A stretch of 64,000 nucleotides of DNA from a virus (lineage: Duplodnaviria; Caudoviricetes), in IMG/VR virus record IMGVR_UViG_3300042940_001591; one strand, written 5' to 3'. Below the pieces are notes generated by a model, which was given only the letters and a program-made list of their open reading frames with translations, was not told the origin of the DNA and did not search any database. Positions 39,223 to 48,758 of this stretch are shown in pieces. Each line of letters opens with the position of its first letter. The first letter of the stretch is position 1. A program made the translations under genes and the position numbers.

Positions 39223-39849
39223 ATGGAACAACACACAATAGAATTAATTGGTATGGTCTTAGTGGCCGTTATTACAGCATTAGTTGGTCCGGCAGGACTT
39301 GAATATGTAAAAGCTAAACTATCCAAACCAGTATCGAAAGACATTGTCAAAGATGACATCGAAAGAAATTTGGTTATTTTTGACGAAATATCGGAAATTA
39401 GAGATATGTTAGATGCGGATAGAATTTGGATAAGTCAATTTCACAATGGCGGTCATTTTCTTCACACTAACAAATCAATTCAAAAGTTTTCAATAACATA
39501 TGAGGACGTTAAACCAGGTATTAGTAGTATTATTCATTTATTTACAGACATTCCACTATCGTTATATTCAAGATCGATGAATTACATTATGGAAAATAAA
39601 CATTTGTGGATTTCCGATTTTAAAGATGCAACCATTGCAACTTATGGATTAAAGTCCGCAGCGGATGCAACGGGTACTAGTGCATCATATGTAATTGGGT
39701 TATTTGATATTGTAACGGATAAATGTATTGGGACAATGGGGGTGGACTATAGAGATAAAAAGAAACTAACACAAACACAGAAAGATTTTTTAATAGAGAG
39801 AGGTAGTCGTTTGGCTGGATATTTATCAGTATACCTTAAATCAAAGTAA
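39223..39849 (+). CDS. N-terminal TM plus GAF-like domain protein
   Basis: TM 7-25; ADRIWISQFHNG..CIGTMGVDY. Confidence 0.5.
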   Translation: MEQHTIELIGMVLVAVITALVGPAGLEYVKAKLSKPVSKDIVKDDIERNLVIFDEISEIRDMLDADRIWISQFHNGGHFLHTNKSIQKFSITYEDVKPGISSIIHLFTDIPLSLYSRSMNYIMENKHLWISDFKDATIATYGLKSAADATGTSASYVIGLFDIVTDKCIGTMGVDYRDKKKLTQTQKDFLIERGSRLAGYLSVYLKSK

Positions 39850-39855
39850 CACATT

Positions 39856-40221
39856 ATGAAAAAATATATATTCACAGAAGGACAATTAAAAAAAATAATA
39901 GACTCTCAAATAAGTGAGCAAATGAGTCCGGATGCCAATTTTAATGCGGTATACGGTAATCCCCCAATTTCACAACAAATGAAAAAATACCCAAAAGGTA
40001 GATTTGCATTTTCATCTGGAATGATTAAAATGTTAGACCAAGACAAAACTAACAAATTATATGTTGTTAAAGACGGTGACACAATAAGTGGATTAGTTCA
40101 AAAATTAGGTGCAAATTCAGATTACAATATATTACACGATAATGATTTATTAAAAGGTAATCCTAAAGGGTTACAACCGGGTATGATTATTGCTTATAGT
40201 CTAAGACCCTCTGGTAACTAA
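39856..40221 (+). CDS. LysM domain protein with FTEGQLK leader
   Basis: YVVKDGDTISGL..LQPGMII. Confidence 0.7.
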   Translation: MKKYIFTEGQLKKIIDSQISEQMSPDANFNAVYGNPPISQQMKKYPKGRFAFSSGMIKMLDQDKTNKLYVVKDGDTISGLVQKLGANSDYNILHDNDLLKGNPKGLQPGMIIAYSLRPSGN

Positions 40222-40770
40222 TTCATCGAAAATTTTAATAATTTCGTCTAATCCGTCGTAGTTAAAACATTCAGAATAACCCGAAAAAGATTCTAAAATT
40301 GGTCTGTATTTTTTTACAGACCTTTTTTTATTAAGTTTTTCTTTAATATCACTTTCTAATTTTTCCGCATTTGGTGTTTCAATCCTTCTTAATATCGACT
40401 CAACAATATATCCCTCATACCCATACGCTTTACTAAAACGTCTCATTATGAATCTTTTAGATGTTATACCAACCTTAACAAATGTTTTACCTGTAGATTC
40501 TTCTTTTATTAATACGAGATATAATGATTTTGGTAATTTTGCTAGTTTTTTCTTTTTGTCCTGACCCCTTTTTACCAATTTAAGACCTATATATTCTTTA
40601 GCCTTCTCAAGAGAAGTAAACTCCTTAGTGTCTCTATACGGATTTACGATGTGTTTTTTAAACCTTTCAATGTATATGGTCTTACCACTATCAACTTTAT
40701 ATTTTACCCCTCTAGTGGTCTTTATTTGATAAATTGAATAGTAACCTATTTTTAGTATTGGGTCTCCCAT
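40201..40770 (-). CDS. GIY-YIG-like (T5orf172/MUG113-type) nuclease
   Basis: LYLV..VKVGIT..RR..E..GYSECF. Confidence 0.55.
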   Translation of the reverse strand: MGDPILKIGYYSIYQIKTTRGVKYKVDSGKTIYIERFKKHIVNPYRDTKEFTSLEKAKEYIGLKLVKRGQDKKKKLAKLPKSLYLVLIKEESTGKTFVKVGITSKRFIMRRFSKAYGYEGYIVESILRRIETPNAEKLESDIKEKLNKKRSVKKYRPILESFSGYSECFNYDGLDEIIKIFDELVTRGS

Positions 40771-40866
40771 ATAACGTAATTTTAGTTATACACAAATATT
40801 TTTTAGAATATTTGGTAATCTTTTTTAATATACATACTTTTGCATCATAAATAAACCAATAAAAAG

Positions 40867-41208
40867 ATGGACGAAAAGAAATGTTCGGGTTGTAAGACAA
40901 CCAAAACAATTGACAATTTTTACAAAAACAAGTTAGTTTTAGATGGTCACAGTAACTACTGTATTGATTGTACACGTGAAAATTCTAAGAAGTATTTCCA
41001 AAGAAAAAAGGAAAGAACATTAAAATCGGAGAATGACAATCTCATGAAAATGGTTCTTTTAAATAACTACAATTCTGAGTTTGACAAGTCTAACGCGGAT
41101 AATTTCATGAAAATATTAATGATTGAAAAGATGTGTAAATCTATTTTAGATGAATTGGATAATTTAAAACAAACATATATTAAATCGGAATCTCAATTAA
41201 CCCAATAA
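40867..41208 (+). CDS. CxxC zinc-binding hypothetical protein
   Basis: CSGC..CIDC. Confidence 0.55.
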   Translation: MDEKKCSGCKTTKTIDNFYKNKLVLDGHSNYCIDCTRENSKKYFQRKKERTLKSENDNLMKMVLLNNYNSEFDKSNADNFMKILMIEKMCKSILDELDNLKQTYIKSESQLTQ

Positions 41209-41259
41209 ATGTCTTGATTTTAACACTAAAAAAAGATATTTATAGGATATTTATATACT

Positions 41260-43035
41260 ATGAAGATTAATGATTTAATATTTGATATGGTTTTTGAGGA
41301 GATAAAAGCAAATCAAAAAACCTTTTTCAACGAACTAATGACTAAATGGAGAACTGAGGTTCCCGAGTTAACAGACGAGCAAGGAGAAAAAGTCTTTAAT
41401 AGACACAGCAACATTAAAAATCAAATTTCTATTGATAATTCTGGTGTCCTAAGATTTTTAAAAAGACATGACGGTAGATTTCCAGATAAACAGAAATATT
41501 CATTAAACGATTTAAAACAAATACAAGTTTTTAAATTTAAAGACTTAGTTTCTTTTTTGGTTGAGTTTGGTAAATTTGAATTGGGTGGTGAAGAAAAGGA
41601 AAACGATGTTGAGGATGAAAAGGCTAAACTTGATGCAATATTTGCATCCGATGGTAATCAACCAAACGTAGCAAAAATTGAGGCATCGAAACCAATGTGG
41701 TTTAGTGATGAGAATTGTATTATAAATAAAGGTGGTGTAAGGGTTTATAAAATATTAAGTGAAACCCAAGCAAAAAGAATGGGTTATTATTATCAATCTT
41801 TACATAGGGATCAATGGATTAAATTTAGAGTTCAAAAGAGAGAGGGTAGGGTAAATTCACCATGGTGTGTTACTTGGAGAGGAACTTTGTCAATTAATGA
41901 CGATGAGGGTAATTATCTATACGGTAATGGTACGAATCAATATGGGTACTATAGAAATCGTGATAAAAAAACTTTCTATTTTTTAATTGATGAAAATAGA
42001 AATTATCTAAGTGATAGTATTGAAGAGGCGAGATTTCACATGGCCGCCATTCAAATAAACAATTACGGATCTTACACAGTAAGTTCAATGATTAATGATG
42101 GTGATGACACACGAAGTTGGGATTGGATTGTTAATACTTGGCCACAATTAGATGGTGAAAGAGAAAAGATTGAGTGGAGAGCGTTATCTCCTGATGAATT
42201 AGAATCGGCAAAAGTTACAGATTTAATTAATGAGACACCAGGTGACCCTAATGAATTTTCGGCACAAACACCCCAAAGAATGTCCGAATACATTGGTATC
42301 GGAGGTAAAATTAAAGAAGTTGATTCTTGGAATGCGATGACTCCTGAATTAAAAACAACTTACATTACGATGATGCAATTACACGATGCAACATCAAGAA
42401 TTTCAAATAGTAAGTTATTAACTGCAATATTAAAAACAAGTCCTCCCGATTTTCCATATCGTGAAAAATTAGATAGAAAATTAAAACAAATCGGAAAACC
42501 TGGTATTGAATACCTCGTTAATGATTTTATGCAAAAAGATTATATTCTTGTTAGAAAAGGACAAAAAGACGACAATTATAGAATTTATCAAAGCAAGTCT
42601 TCTCATTTATTTGGTATCTATCATATCAGTTCATTTGAATGGGTAATGGATGGTACAACTAAAATAGAATATAATGACAGATTCTCTGAAGAAAAAATGA
42701 TGAGAACTGAAGATGAGCAAGGTAAAAGATATGCCGTTAAATCTTATTCTGCAGATAATGGAGATGCTTTCTACGTAATAATCGATAACCCAACATTATC
42801 TGACGGTGGTGAAGCGTTAGGTTATTTAGTTAGTAAACAAATGTGGGAAGAAGATTTATCTCATAGGTTAACTGTAATCGAAGGAAAAAGAGTACCTACT
42901 ATGGTTGGTTACGAAGGTGGGAAATATGGTGATATTCAACACGGGTTGCCTCCTAAGAAGAAAAAAGAAAAAGTACAACAACCAAATCCTCAGGTACCAC
43001 AAGAACCTGAACAGGATGGTCAAGAAGAGATATAA
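41260..43035 (+). CDS. large hypothetical protein, probable late/virion
   Basis: Two TATTTATA motifs upstream; MKINDLIFDMVFEE leader. Confidence 0.55.
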   Translation: MKINDLIFDMVFEEIKANQKTFFNELMTKWRTEVPELTDEQGEKVFNRHSNIKNQISIDNSGVLRFLKRHDGRFPDKQKYSLNDLKQIQVFKFKDLVSFLVEFGKFELGGEEKENDVEDEKAKLDAIFASDGNQPNVAKIEASKPMWFSDENCIINKGGVRVYKILSETQAKRMGYYYQSLHRDQWIKFRVQKREGRVNSPWCVTWRGTLSINDDEGNYLYGNGTNQYGYYRNRDKKTFYFLIDENRNYLSDSIEEARFHMAAIQINNYGSYTVSSMINDGDDTRSWDWIVNTWPQLDGEREKIEWRALSPDELESAKVTDLINETPGDPNEFSAQTPQRMSEYIGIGGKIKEVDSWNAMTPELKTTYITMMQLHDATSRISNSKLLTAILKTSPPDFPYREKLDRKLKQIGKPGIEYLVNDFMQKDYILVRKGQKDDNYRIYQSKSSHLFGIYHISSFEWVMDGTTKIEYNDRFSEEKMMRTEDEQGKRYAVKSYSADNGDAFYVIIDNPTLSDGGEALGYLVSKQMWEEDLSHRLTVIEGKRVPTMVGYEGGKYGDIQHGLPPKKKKEKVQQPNPQVPQEPEQDGQEEI

Positions 43036-43063
43036 AAAAAGGGACTTTAAGTCCCTTTTTTAT

Positions 43064-43906
43064 TTATGATAATAATGAATAATATTCTTTAAAGTGTTTA
43101 ATTCTATCCGCTAATCCAATCGTACCTCCATTTACTCTTTTTGTAATTGAAGTAACAACAGCATCAGTTGCTCCACCGTCAGCCATTTTATGTAGACCGT
43201 TCTTTGAGAAGAACCAAGCTGCTGATAATAATGCATAATCTGATGCAACCTTGTCAGGATTTGATAGGATATCTTCATTAATTGATTTACCAAACGCAGT
43301 GTAGTTTTCCTTACCAGTTAATTGGATATATCCACGTCCACAGAATTTTGCACCTTCTCCAGATGATTCAGGACCATTACCCATTCTATTTCCGTAAACT
43401 TTATTTGCAATTTTAGTAGGTTGTCTTTCGTATGGTTTTGCTGCTGCTTCATTTGGGAAATACTTTTTAAACGTACCCACTAATCCCTTAGCTGAATAAT
43501 TTAAATTTTCTTTTGTAGCTCTAAACCCTCCTGATTCATGACCACATTGTGCCAAGAAGTGTGCTAATCTTAACGGTGTATTAATTTGAAATTTAGCAGC
43601 CGTGTCGGGAATTTGACGAATAACCGCATCAGGAATATGACCCTTTAGTTTTTCTAATTTTAACCCACCAACTGAAGCAACAGGTGCTGGTTCAGTTATA
43701 ATTGTTGGAGCACTTACAACACCTTCAGAGAATAACTTACCCCAAGTGCCATCACCAACAATACCATCTGCAGTTAAACCATTAGCAGATTGCCACGTTT
43801 TAACCGCCGCTTCTGTTTTTGGTCCAAATTTACCTATTGGGTCAACACCCAATTTAACTTGGAGTTTTTTTACATCTTCTCCTTCAGATCCTAGTTTTAG
43901 TAACAT
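43064..43906 (-). CDS. endolysin: PG-binding domain plus GH19 lysozyme
   Basis: LKLGSEGEDVKKLQ..DGIVG; HFLAQCGHES, GRGYIQLTG..NY, TKRVNGG. Confidence 0.9.
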   Translation of the reverse strand: MLLKLGSEGEDVKKLQVKLGVDPIGKFGPKTEAAVKTWQSANGLTADGIVGDGTWGKLFSEGVVSAPTIITEPAPVASVGGLKLEKLKGHIPDAVIRQIPDTAAKFQINTPLRLAHFLAQCGHESGGFRATKENLNYSAKGLVGTFKKYFPNEAAAKPYERQPTKIANKVYGNRMGNGPESSGEGAKFCGRGYIQLTGKENYTAFGKSINEDILSNPDKVASDYALLSAAWFFSKNGLHKMADGGATDAVVTSITKRVNGGTIGLADRIKHFKEYYSLLS

Positions 43907-44014
43907 AATATGTTTTGTGTTTAAAGTCTTTATTTAATTATAAATATCTAGACAATGGACATAAAAAATTTAGTAGAATCAGAAATATTCTATATTTTTG
44001 TGTAAATTTGATTT

Positions 44015-44581
44015 ATGACGAAATTTTTAATCCTATTGTTTCTACCAATTGTATTCGGGTTTTCAAATCCTGAATATAATGAAAAGTCTATTATATTTCA
44101 TTTTGAGGAGATTATTAATGAATATCGAATAAGTAATGGTCTACACAGAATTTCATTAGATGAGTCAATTAAATATTTTTCCGATGAACGTTGTAACGAT
44201 ATAACCAAAGATTATAGTCACAGGGGGTTTGTAGATAAAGTGTTTAATAGGGGATTAAAATATAGTGAGGCTTATGAAAATATTGTTCTATTTAAAATCC
44301 CAACTCTAACAAACAAACCGAACTATCAACATTTTAAAGAAATAATAAATGAAAAGGGAGATACAATTGTAATAGAACTTAAAGAATTAAATTATGTAAA
44401 AAATGAAATGTCAATGGGGGTTGTATCGAATTATAATATTGCCAAATATTGTTTTTTAAAATGGAAATATTCAAAAAATCATAACGAATTACTTCTTAAC
44501 CCCAATATAAAAAGGTTTTACTTATCACATTGTTATGATGAAAGTAAAACCCTGTATTTTTGTTTTATTGCTTTAAATTAA
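44015..44581 (+). CDS. CAP/SCP domain exported protein
   Basis: INEYR..GL, HRGF, ENI, WKYSKNHNELLL. Confidence 0.65.
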   Translation: MTKFLILLFLPIVFGFSNPEYNEKSIIFHFEEIINEYRISNGLHRISLDESIKYFSDERCNDITKDYSHRGFVDKVFNRGLKYSEAYENIVLFKIPTLTNKPNYQHFKEIINEKGDTIVIELKELNYVKNEMSMGVVSNYNIAKYCFLKWKYSKNHNELLLNPNIKRFYLSHCYDESKTLYFCFIALN

Positions 44582-45807
44582 AATTTAGGACATGGCATAC
44601 TTGTTCCTCTTCCAAAGAAACCTCCAAACGATATTCTTGGTAATGTAATCCTAAGGCTAATGTTAGGTCTTAACTTAAGTATGTTTCTACCGGTGGCAGT
44701 AAATCTAATTATAAAATCGGTAACTTCTACGGGAGCAAATTGTGGTGGAATCGGGTCAATTGTAACCTTTCCTGTTTTTGGAGGATTAGTTCCTCTAACC
44801 GCAAATGCAAATGACATATCAACTCTTTGATTTTTAACCAATTCTTGTTTATCCTGACCAACATATGCATCCCCACTTGTACCTGTCCCATCAACCTCAA
44901 TCATTTTATTTCCATTTTTAATTTTAATCATTTTACCTGCATTCGTACCATTACTATTAATTACAATACCCTCTTGGTTGAATTTTGCATTTCTTTTGGT
45001 TAACCCATCTACCAAATAATCGTACACAACTTTTGCTCTTGCATCTGATAATTCTTTAAATGTTGGAACTTTTCCAGGAAAAGTTTGTTTACTTTGTCCG
45101 TTTGGTATTGTTGAGCTAGATGAGGTAATTTGTAATTTGTTTATGTAAACGTCCACCGCTTTTCTACCATCTTTTTCTAATTGAGCGGTCATATTACTAA
45201 TGGCCTGATCAATACCACCAAAAATAGTTTCATTAATGTATTGAATAAATTGAGGGGTCATTATCGCCTCATTAAATTGAAATTGCATTGGTTGTTCAAC
45301 CGACGGGGGAGTAACCATTTCATATCCCTGTTCTACGTTTGGAATATCAATTTCCTTACCGTCTTGTCCCGGACTAACCATCTCTTGTTTTATTGTTGTT
45401 TGATTATCAACAACAATTTTTTTATTTTTAGTTTGAGTTCCAAACTGACCATTAATAAAAAGAAATACACAATAATAATAAAAGTTTGGATTTTTAGTTA
45501 ACATGCTATCAAAAACCTGTACGGATGTTCCATCCATCATAGATTTCATATTTGCCACATTTTTGGCAAATTCCCTATCCATTTCTTCATCGGGTACGAT
45601 ACTTTTTGTATTTGTATTCCACATTAAACCTGCTCTCTTCACCATATAACCCAAATCTTTGGTTGCAAAAAATTTGGAGTGTTTAGGGTCTTTTGTTGAC
45701 ACAATAGTATTAACATTATCTTGTCTTTCAAATCCAACTTGTTCATTTATAATGTTACTTAAAACCATTTTCATTTGGTTTTCTGTAAAAATAATTCTTT
45801 TCATCAA
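44578..45807 (-). CDS. protein with FTENQMK leader and OmpA-like domain
   Basis: ELSDARAKVVYDYL..NQRVD. Confidence 0.55.
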   Translation of the reverse strand: MMKRIIFTENQMKMVLSNIINEQVGFERQDNVNTIVSTKDPKHSKFFATKDLGYMVKRAGLMWNTNTKSIVPDEEMDREFAKNVANMKSMMDGTSVQVFDSMLTKNPNFYYYCVFLFINGQFGTQTKNKKIVVDNQTTIKQEMVSPGQDGKEIDIPNVEQGYEMVTPPSVEQPMQFQFNEAIMTPQFIQYINETIFGGIDQAISNMTAQLEKDGRKAVDVYINKLQITSSSSTIPNGQSKQTFPGKVPTFKELSDARAKVVYDYLVDGLTKRNAKFNQEGIVINSNGTNAGKMIKIKNGNKMIEVDGTGTSGDAYVGQDKQELVKNQRVDMSFAFAVRGTNPPKTGKVTIDPIPPQFAPVEVTDFIIRFTATGRNILKLRPNISLRITLPRISFGGFFGRGTSMPCPKF

Positions 45808-45838
45808 TTCTATTTTTTAAATAAATATCTAATTATCG

Positions 45839-46186
45839 TTAATTATGTTTTCCACACCAAGGACAAATGGGTAGTGATTTTTTCTTTTTGTGTGTTGTTT
45901 GGGTATATAATTTTCTACACGCCTTACATTTTAAGAATTTTGCGTCCTTATTTAAATCGTCAATACTTTTAATTTGTTTATCGGTCAATGAACTATAAAC
46001 ATCCTTTCTTTCTCCGTCATCCTCATTCAATTTTTCATTGTCATGTCCACACTTATGACAAGTATATGGGTCTTTACCACCCTCAGATTTCTTCCATTCC
46101 CATCCACAACCATCACAATGTACGACTCCGTTTTTTTCTGATTCAATAATGTACTTTAATTGTGATTCGGTTAATACTATTTTCAT
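45839..46186 (-). CDS. zinc-ribbon protein with LTESQLK leader
   Basis: Four CxxC pairs. Confidence 0.6.
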   Translation of the reverse strand: MKIVLTESQLKYIIESEKNGVVHCDGCGWEWKKSEGGKDPYTCHKCGHDNEKLNEDDGERKDVYSSLTDKQIKSIDDLNKDAKFLKCKACRKLYTQTTHKKKKSLPICPWCGKHN

Positions 46187-46187
46187 G

Positions 46188-46796
46188 TTATAATTTTACG
46201 ATGGCCCAGTTATAAAGAGATTCACTTATTTTTTCATCATCTGTCTCACCACTTTCTTTTATCCTGTTTCTAAGAGTGTTAAGATAGTTAACAAACATCA
46301 TATCACTATAGTTGTCATATCCCCCCATTTTAGGTATGTATTCTTTGGTTAATAAACCTAATTTAACAAATTCCCTACACTTTCTCAACCCAAACTGATC
46401 CGCAACATTTTCTGTATATTTTAAAAATCTAACCGCCTCATCCATGTCAACCTCCCCAACATAAAATCTGTGCATCATACTTGAACCATATTTCTTATAT
46501 TGGTATTGATGAGCCACTTCGTGGAAAATAACAAATAGGGTATTTTCTAATGTATATTGTAATACCTTTTTATTAATAACGACTTTATTGTGTAACGATA
46601 TACCCGCAGCTGGTAATTTAAAGGTACCAAATTCAATATCTTGACAATTTGATTCTTCTATGAATTTCTTAACTAAATCAATGTGAGACTCCAATCTTGG
46701 GTAAGCAGTCAATAACTCATCAATAAACGAGTCGATACCATTCGTCTCTTCAAGAATAATAGATTTGTATTGATTTTCGGTTAATACTATTTTCAT
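46188..46796 (-). CDS. HExxH metallopeptidase-like protein with LTENQYK leader
   Basis: VIFHEVAHQYQ..ENVAD. Confidence 0.6.
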   Translation of the reverse strand: MKIVLTENQYKSIILEETNGIDSFIDELLTAYPRLESHIDLVKKFIEESNCQDIEFGTFKLPAAGISLHNKVVINKKVLQYTLENTLFVIFHEVAHQYQYKKYGSSMMHRFYVGEVDMDEAVRFLKYTENVADQFGLRKCREFVKLGLLTKEYIPKMGGYDNYSDMMFVNYLNTLRNRIKESGETDDEKISESLYNWAIVKL

Positions 46797-46899
46797 ATAG
46801 TATAAATACTATACATGATAACATTTCTCTATATTCTCCTTAAAGAACACGTAAAAGTCATCAGTCAAAAAAAAACCCTCATAATTGAGGGTTTTAAAC

Positions 46900-47154
46900 T
46901 TATTTAATAAATCTATCGAATTCTTTTTTAATAGATTCGTTTAGACTGTATTGAAATCTTAAATCGTCATCTTTTGGGTATTCTGTCTTATCAGTTAATT
47001 CCCCTAAAATTAAATTAACAACTTCGGGTGAAAAAGAATCATCGGTTTTTAATGTGTGAATAACAAATTCCCTTTCCTTAACGGTCGGGTTATTCAACAT
47101 ATAAGTTAGTAACTTACTAATCCCACCAAATTGCTTCATTAAACTATCCGCCAT
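46900..47154 (-). CDS. hypothetical protein
   Basis: C-terminal LNESIKKEFDRF shared with 47154-47519. Confidence 0.5.
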   Translation of the reverse strand: MADSLMKQFGGISKLLTYMLNNPTVKEREFVIHTLKTDDSFSPEVVNLILGELTDKTEYPKDDDLRFQYSLNESIKKEFDRFIK

Positions 47155-47519
47155 TATAAAAATCTATTAAATTCTGATTTTATTTTGATTACCGACTCGT
47201 TCATATTAATTTCTGAAGGTGGGTTTGGCATCATGTTTTCATCATCACTACCCATAGTGTAATCTACTGGTTCATTATTACTACATAACTTATTTTTTAA
47301 TATGTCACAAGCATTTAATAGAGCCTCTTCACTATCGAATTCTGAACCCGCAACCAAATCCTTATATTGACTAACAAAACTATCAATCATTCTTTCTGTT
47401 TCGCTAGCAACATCCATACCATTTTCAACACCAACTGCACCAGCAGATTGTTCGTTTACTTGTTTAGACGCAATTATTTTCTTTAATTGTTCTTCTGTGA
47501 TTTTGATTTTTTTTCCCAT
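47154..47519 (-). CDS. hypothetical protein with ITEEQLK leader
   Basis: Leader motif. Confidence 0.55.
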   Translation of the reverse strand: MGKKIKITEEQLKKIIASKQVNEQSAGAVGVENGMDVASETERMIDSFVSQYKDLVAGSEFDSEEALLNACDILKNKLCSNNEPVDYTMGSDDENMMPNPPSEINMNESVIKIKSEFNRFL

Positions 47520-47658
47520 TTTGATTTTATATCTCTATAAATATACGGATTTGTTAAAATAATTTAAATAAAAAAGGGACAAGAGTAGCGAATTCTTGTC
47601 CCAACGGGATTAGTAACTAGTCCCGGCCCTAAGTCCGGTCTTCAAACCGGAGGTATCT

Positions 47659-47970
47659 TTATTTATGTTTGATTATAAGTTCACCAAGTACCTCTAAACG
47701 ACCAACCTCTATTTGAAATTCAGTTTGGTTCATATCTAAAGATATACTTTTTAATGTTTTAATAAACTCTTTCTTTGACTCTTCTATATCAAATTTACCT
47801 TCAGATGCTTTCTTATAGTAAGGAAGTTTCACCTTAAAATGGTGATAGGTTAACATTGCTGGACCACCTTTCTCTTTAGCATTATCGGCAATCTTAGATG
47901 CACCACCCATTCTTTTTTCTGCAAACTCATCAAATGACTTTGATTCTGTTAGTATGTCTGTTAATTTCAT
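47659..47970 (-). CDS. hypothetical protein with MKLTDILTE leader
   Basis: Leader motif. Confidence 0.55.
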   Translation of the reverse strand: MKLTDILTESKSFDEFAEKRMGGASKIADNAKEKGGPAMLTYHHFKVKLPYYKKASEGKFDIEESKKEFIKTLKSISLDMNQTEFQIEVGRLEVLGELIIKHK

Positions 47971-47974
47971 AATA

Positions 47975-48613
47975 TTAAATATCTAAACATTTTAGATTAC
48001 CGTCCTTATCATACCCATAGTTACCGACGTGAACATCTGCAGTTGGTTTCAATTCGTATACAGAATGAATAAGATTATAGAACCCAACAAAGATTTCGTA
48101 AATGAATTCATTACCCGTTTCTTTTATTTTTTCACCAATAGATAGGAATTCTTCCTCCATTTCCTCATCCATTCCCAAACTTGTAAGATATGTTTGTAAT
48201 GATTTACCTGACATTGTTGAAACAACGTTAGCTAATGAATTCCAATATTGTTTTGCTTTCTCTGTGTTCAATCTTTCAACTGCAACATACTTTACTTTAA
48301 TAGTATCACCGGGGTTATATGTGATTGGTTTAAATTCGCCAGTTCTCCAAGAGAAGTTCGTTACTTGTTTTTTCAATTTGATATTAACATAACCCGTACC
48401 ATATACCTTTGGGAATATGTCAGGACGACTTTTAAATAAATCAACCCAACCATTAACGTCTTCATCAAATCCAATTTTATAAACCATGTTTGGGTTCTTA
48501 TTGGATGGATATACATTATGAAATGCACCTTTACCAACGAGTTCTTTTTCTTTCGTTGCAATCTCATCAACATCATGTTGAATCATTTCAATAATGATAT
48601 GTTCAAATTTCAT
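47975..48613 (-). CDS. protein kinase-like protein
   Basis: VGKGAFHNVY, VYKI, DVHVGNYG, KCLDI. Confidence 0.65.
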   Translation of the reverse strand: MKFEHIIIEMIQHDVDEIATKEKELVGKGAFHNVYPSNKNPNMVYKIGFDEDVNGWVDLFKSRPDIFPKVYGTGYVNIKLKKQVTNFSWRTGEFKPITYNPGDTIKVKYVAVERLNTEKAKQYWNSLANVVSTMSGKSLQTYLTSLGMDEEMEEEFLSIGEKIKETGNEFIYEIFVGFYNLIHSVYELKPTADVHVGNYGYDKDGNLKCLDI

Positions 48614-48735
48614 TACTCTTTAACTAATTTCAAATACTTCTTAAGAATTTCTTGATTCTTTTTATAGATTTCCATTTTCTTTCTTCCTGAACGTACACTT
48701 CTCATTGCACGTGGTTTTTTTGCTGCTGTTCCCAT
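48613..48735 (-). CDS. 40-aa basic protein (not in ORF track)
   Basis: MGTAAKKPRAMRSVRSGRKK..; stop overlaps kinase start (TAATG). Confidence 0.45.
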   Translation of the reverse strand: MGTAAKKPRAMRSVRSGRKKMEIYKKNQEILKKYLKLVKE

Positions 48736-48758
48736 ATTATAGTTGTTTTAATATATTA

